The notes under the pieces were generated by a model. That model had not been told where the DNA came from. It saw only the letters and a program-made list of their open reading frames with translations, and searched no databases. This document shows positions 63,711 to 64,000 of a DNA stretch of 64,000 bases, in pieces; the first letter of the stretch is position 1, and the number at the start of each line of letters is the position of its first letter. The stretch is from Steroidobacteraceae bacterium (lineage in GTDB: Bacteria > Pseudomonadota > Gammaproteobacteria > Steroidobacterales > Steroidobacteraceae), in contig DASZSS010000245.1 of the NCBI GenBank assembly GCA_035548535.1, forward strand, positions 483-64,482, written 5' to 3'. The translations under genes and the position numbers were made by a program.

Positions 63711-64000
63711 ATGCCCGCACCCGATGTCGTTCTCCCGCTGAGCGCGCTCCGCCCGCCCCGCGATACCCAGCACCGGCCGCTGCGCGATCTGCGCATCTCG
63801 GTGATGGACCGCTGCAACTTCCGCTGCCCGTATTGCATGCCGCGGGAGACGTTTCACGATAAGTACCAGTTCCTGCGCACCGCCGAGCGCCTGTCCTTCG
63901 AGGAGATCGTCCGGCTGGCGCGGCTCTTCGTGCCCCTCGGCGTGCGCAAGCTGCGCCTCACCGGCGGGGAGCCGCTGCTGCGCGCGAACCTCGCGGACCT
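63711..64000 (+). CDS. moaA: GTP 3',8-cyclase MoaA (5' part, runs off the window)
   Basis: The radical-SAM motif is [18 protein letters not shown], followed by [10 protein letters not shown]. The gene lies next to moeA. Confidence 0.85.
   Translation, partial: MPAPDVVLPLSALRPPRDTQHRPLRDLRISVMDRCNFRCPYCMPRETFHDKYQFLRTAERLSFEEIVRLARLFVPLGVRKLRLTGGEPLLRANLAD

Overview
All calls come from reading the sequence and the supplied ORF translations. No BLAST or HMM search was run, so family names are motif-level recognitions. The window is a GC-rich, densely coding chromosomal segment that looks proteobacterial (roughly two-thirds G+C by eye, not computed). (1) 0.5-6.4 kb holds two ordinary enzymes and then a mobile-DNA scar. 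The scar contains an intact IS21-family element (2080-4638; 13-bp terminal IRs, 7-bp target duplication CGCCGAG), a frameshifted IS630-type transposase tail, a lone DUF4143-type AAA ATPase and five exactly phased 22-bp direct repeats. (2) 6.6-30.3 kb is an exosortase A (XrtA)/PEP-CTERM exopolysaccharide locus. Its minus-strand operon encodes an XrtA-EpsI fusion, a WecA/MraY-like priming transferase, the PrsT TPR lipoprotein and a 667-aa five-repeat secreted protein. A ten-gene plus-strand operon with coupled starts and stops encodes glycosyltransferases, a flippase, a polymerase, a GH26 hydrolase and two unknowns. A minus-strand export operon encodes an RHH protein, a PEP-CTERM protein, a Wza-like exporter, an OM barrel, a Wzz-like co-polymerase and a kinase-like ATPase. 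(3) 30.4-48.1 kb is the most interesting part. Two intrinsic terminators bracket a nine-gene minus-strand unit: tpsB, a 3270-aa tpsA, a PEP-CTERM gene, a DUF2341-LamG-ExbB fusion, ExbD, a TonB-like protein, a 551-aa porin-like barrel with a helical N-extension, and a secreted coiled-coil protein. No TonB-dependent receptor is present anywhere in the window. An oversized PstS-like protein and a third PEP-CTERM protein follow. (4) 51-64 kb carries a YghU-type GST, a Tat-exported BBE-type FAD oxidase, lipoprotein NirK fused to cytochrome c, a NOX/FRE-like ferric reductase and a short orphan FecR-like protein. It also carries an 18-unit 19-bp minisatellite and a 4-unit ~30-bp repeat flanking a Spy/CpxP-like gene, a membrane-protein/wHTH pair, UppS, a BASS transporter, an internally deleted SDR pseudogene, and moeA plus the start of moaA. 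No rRNA, tRNA or CRISPR was found.
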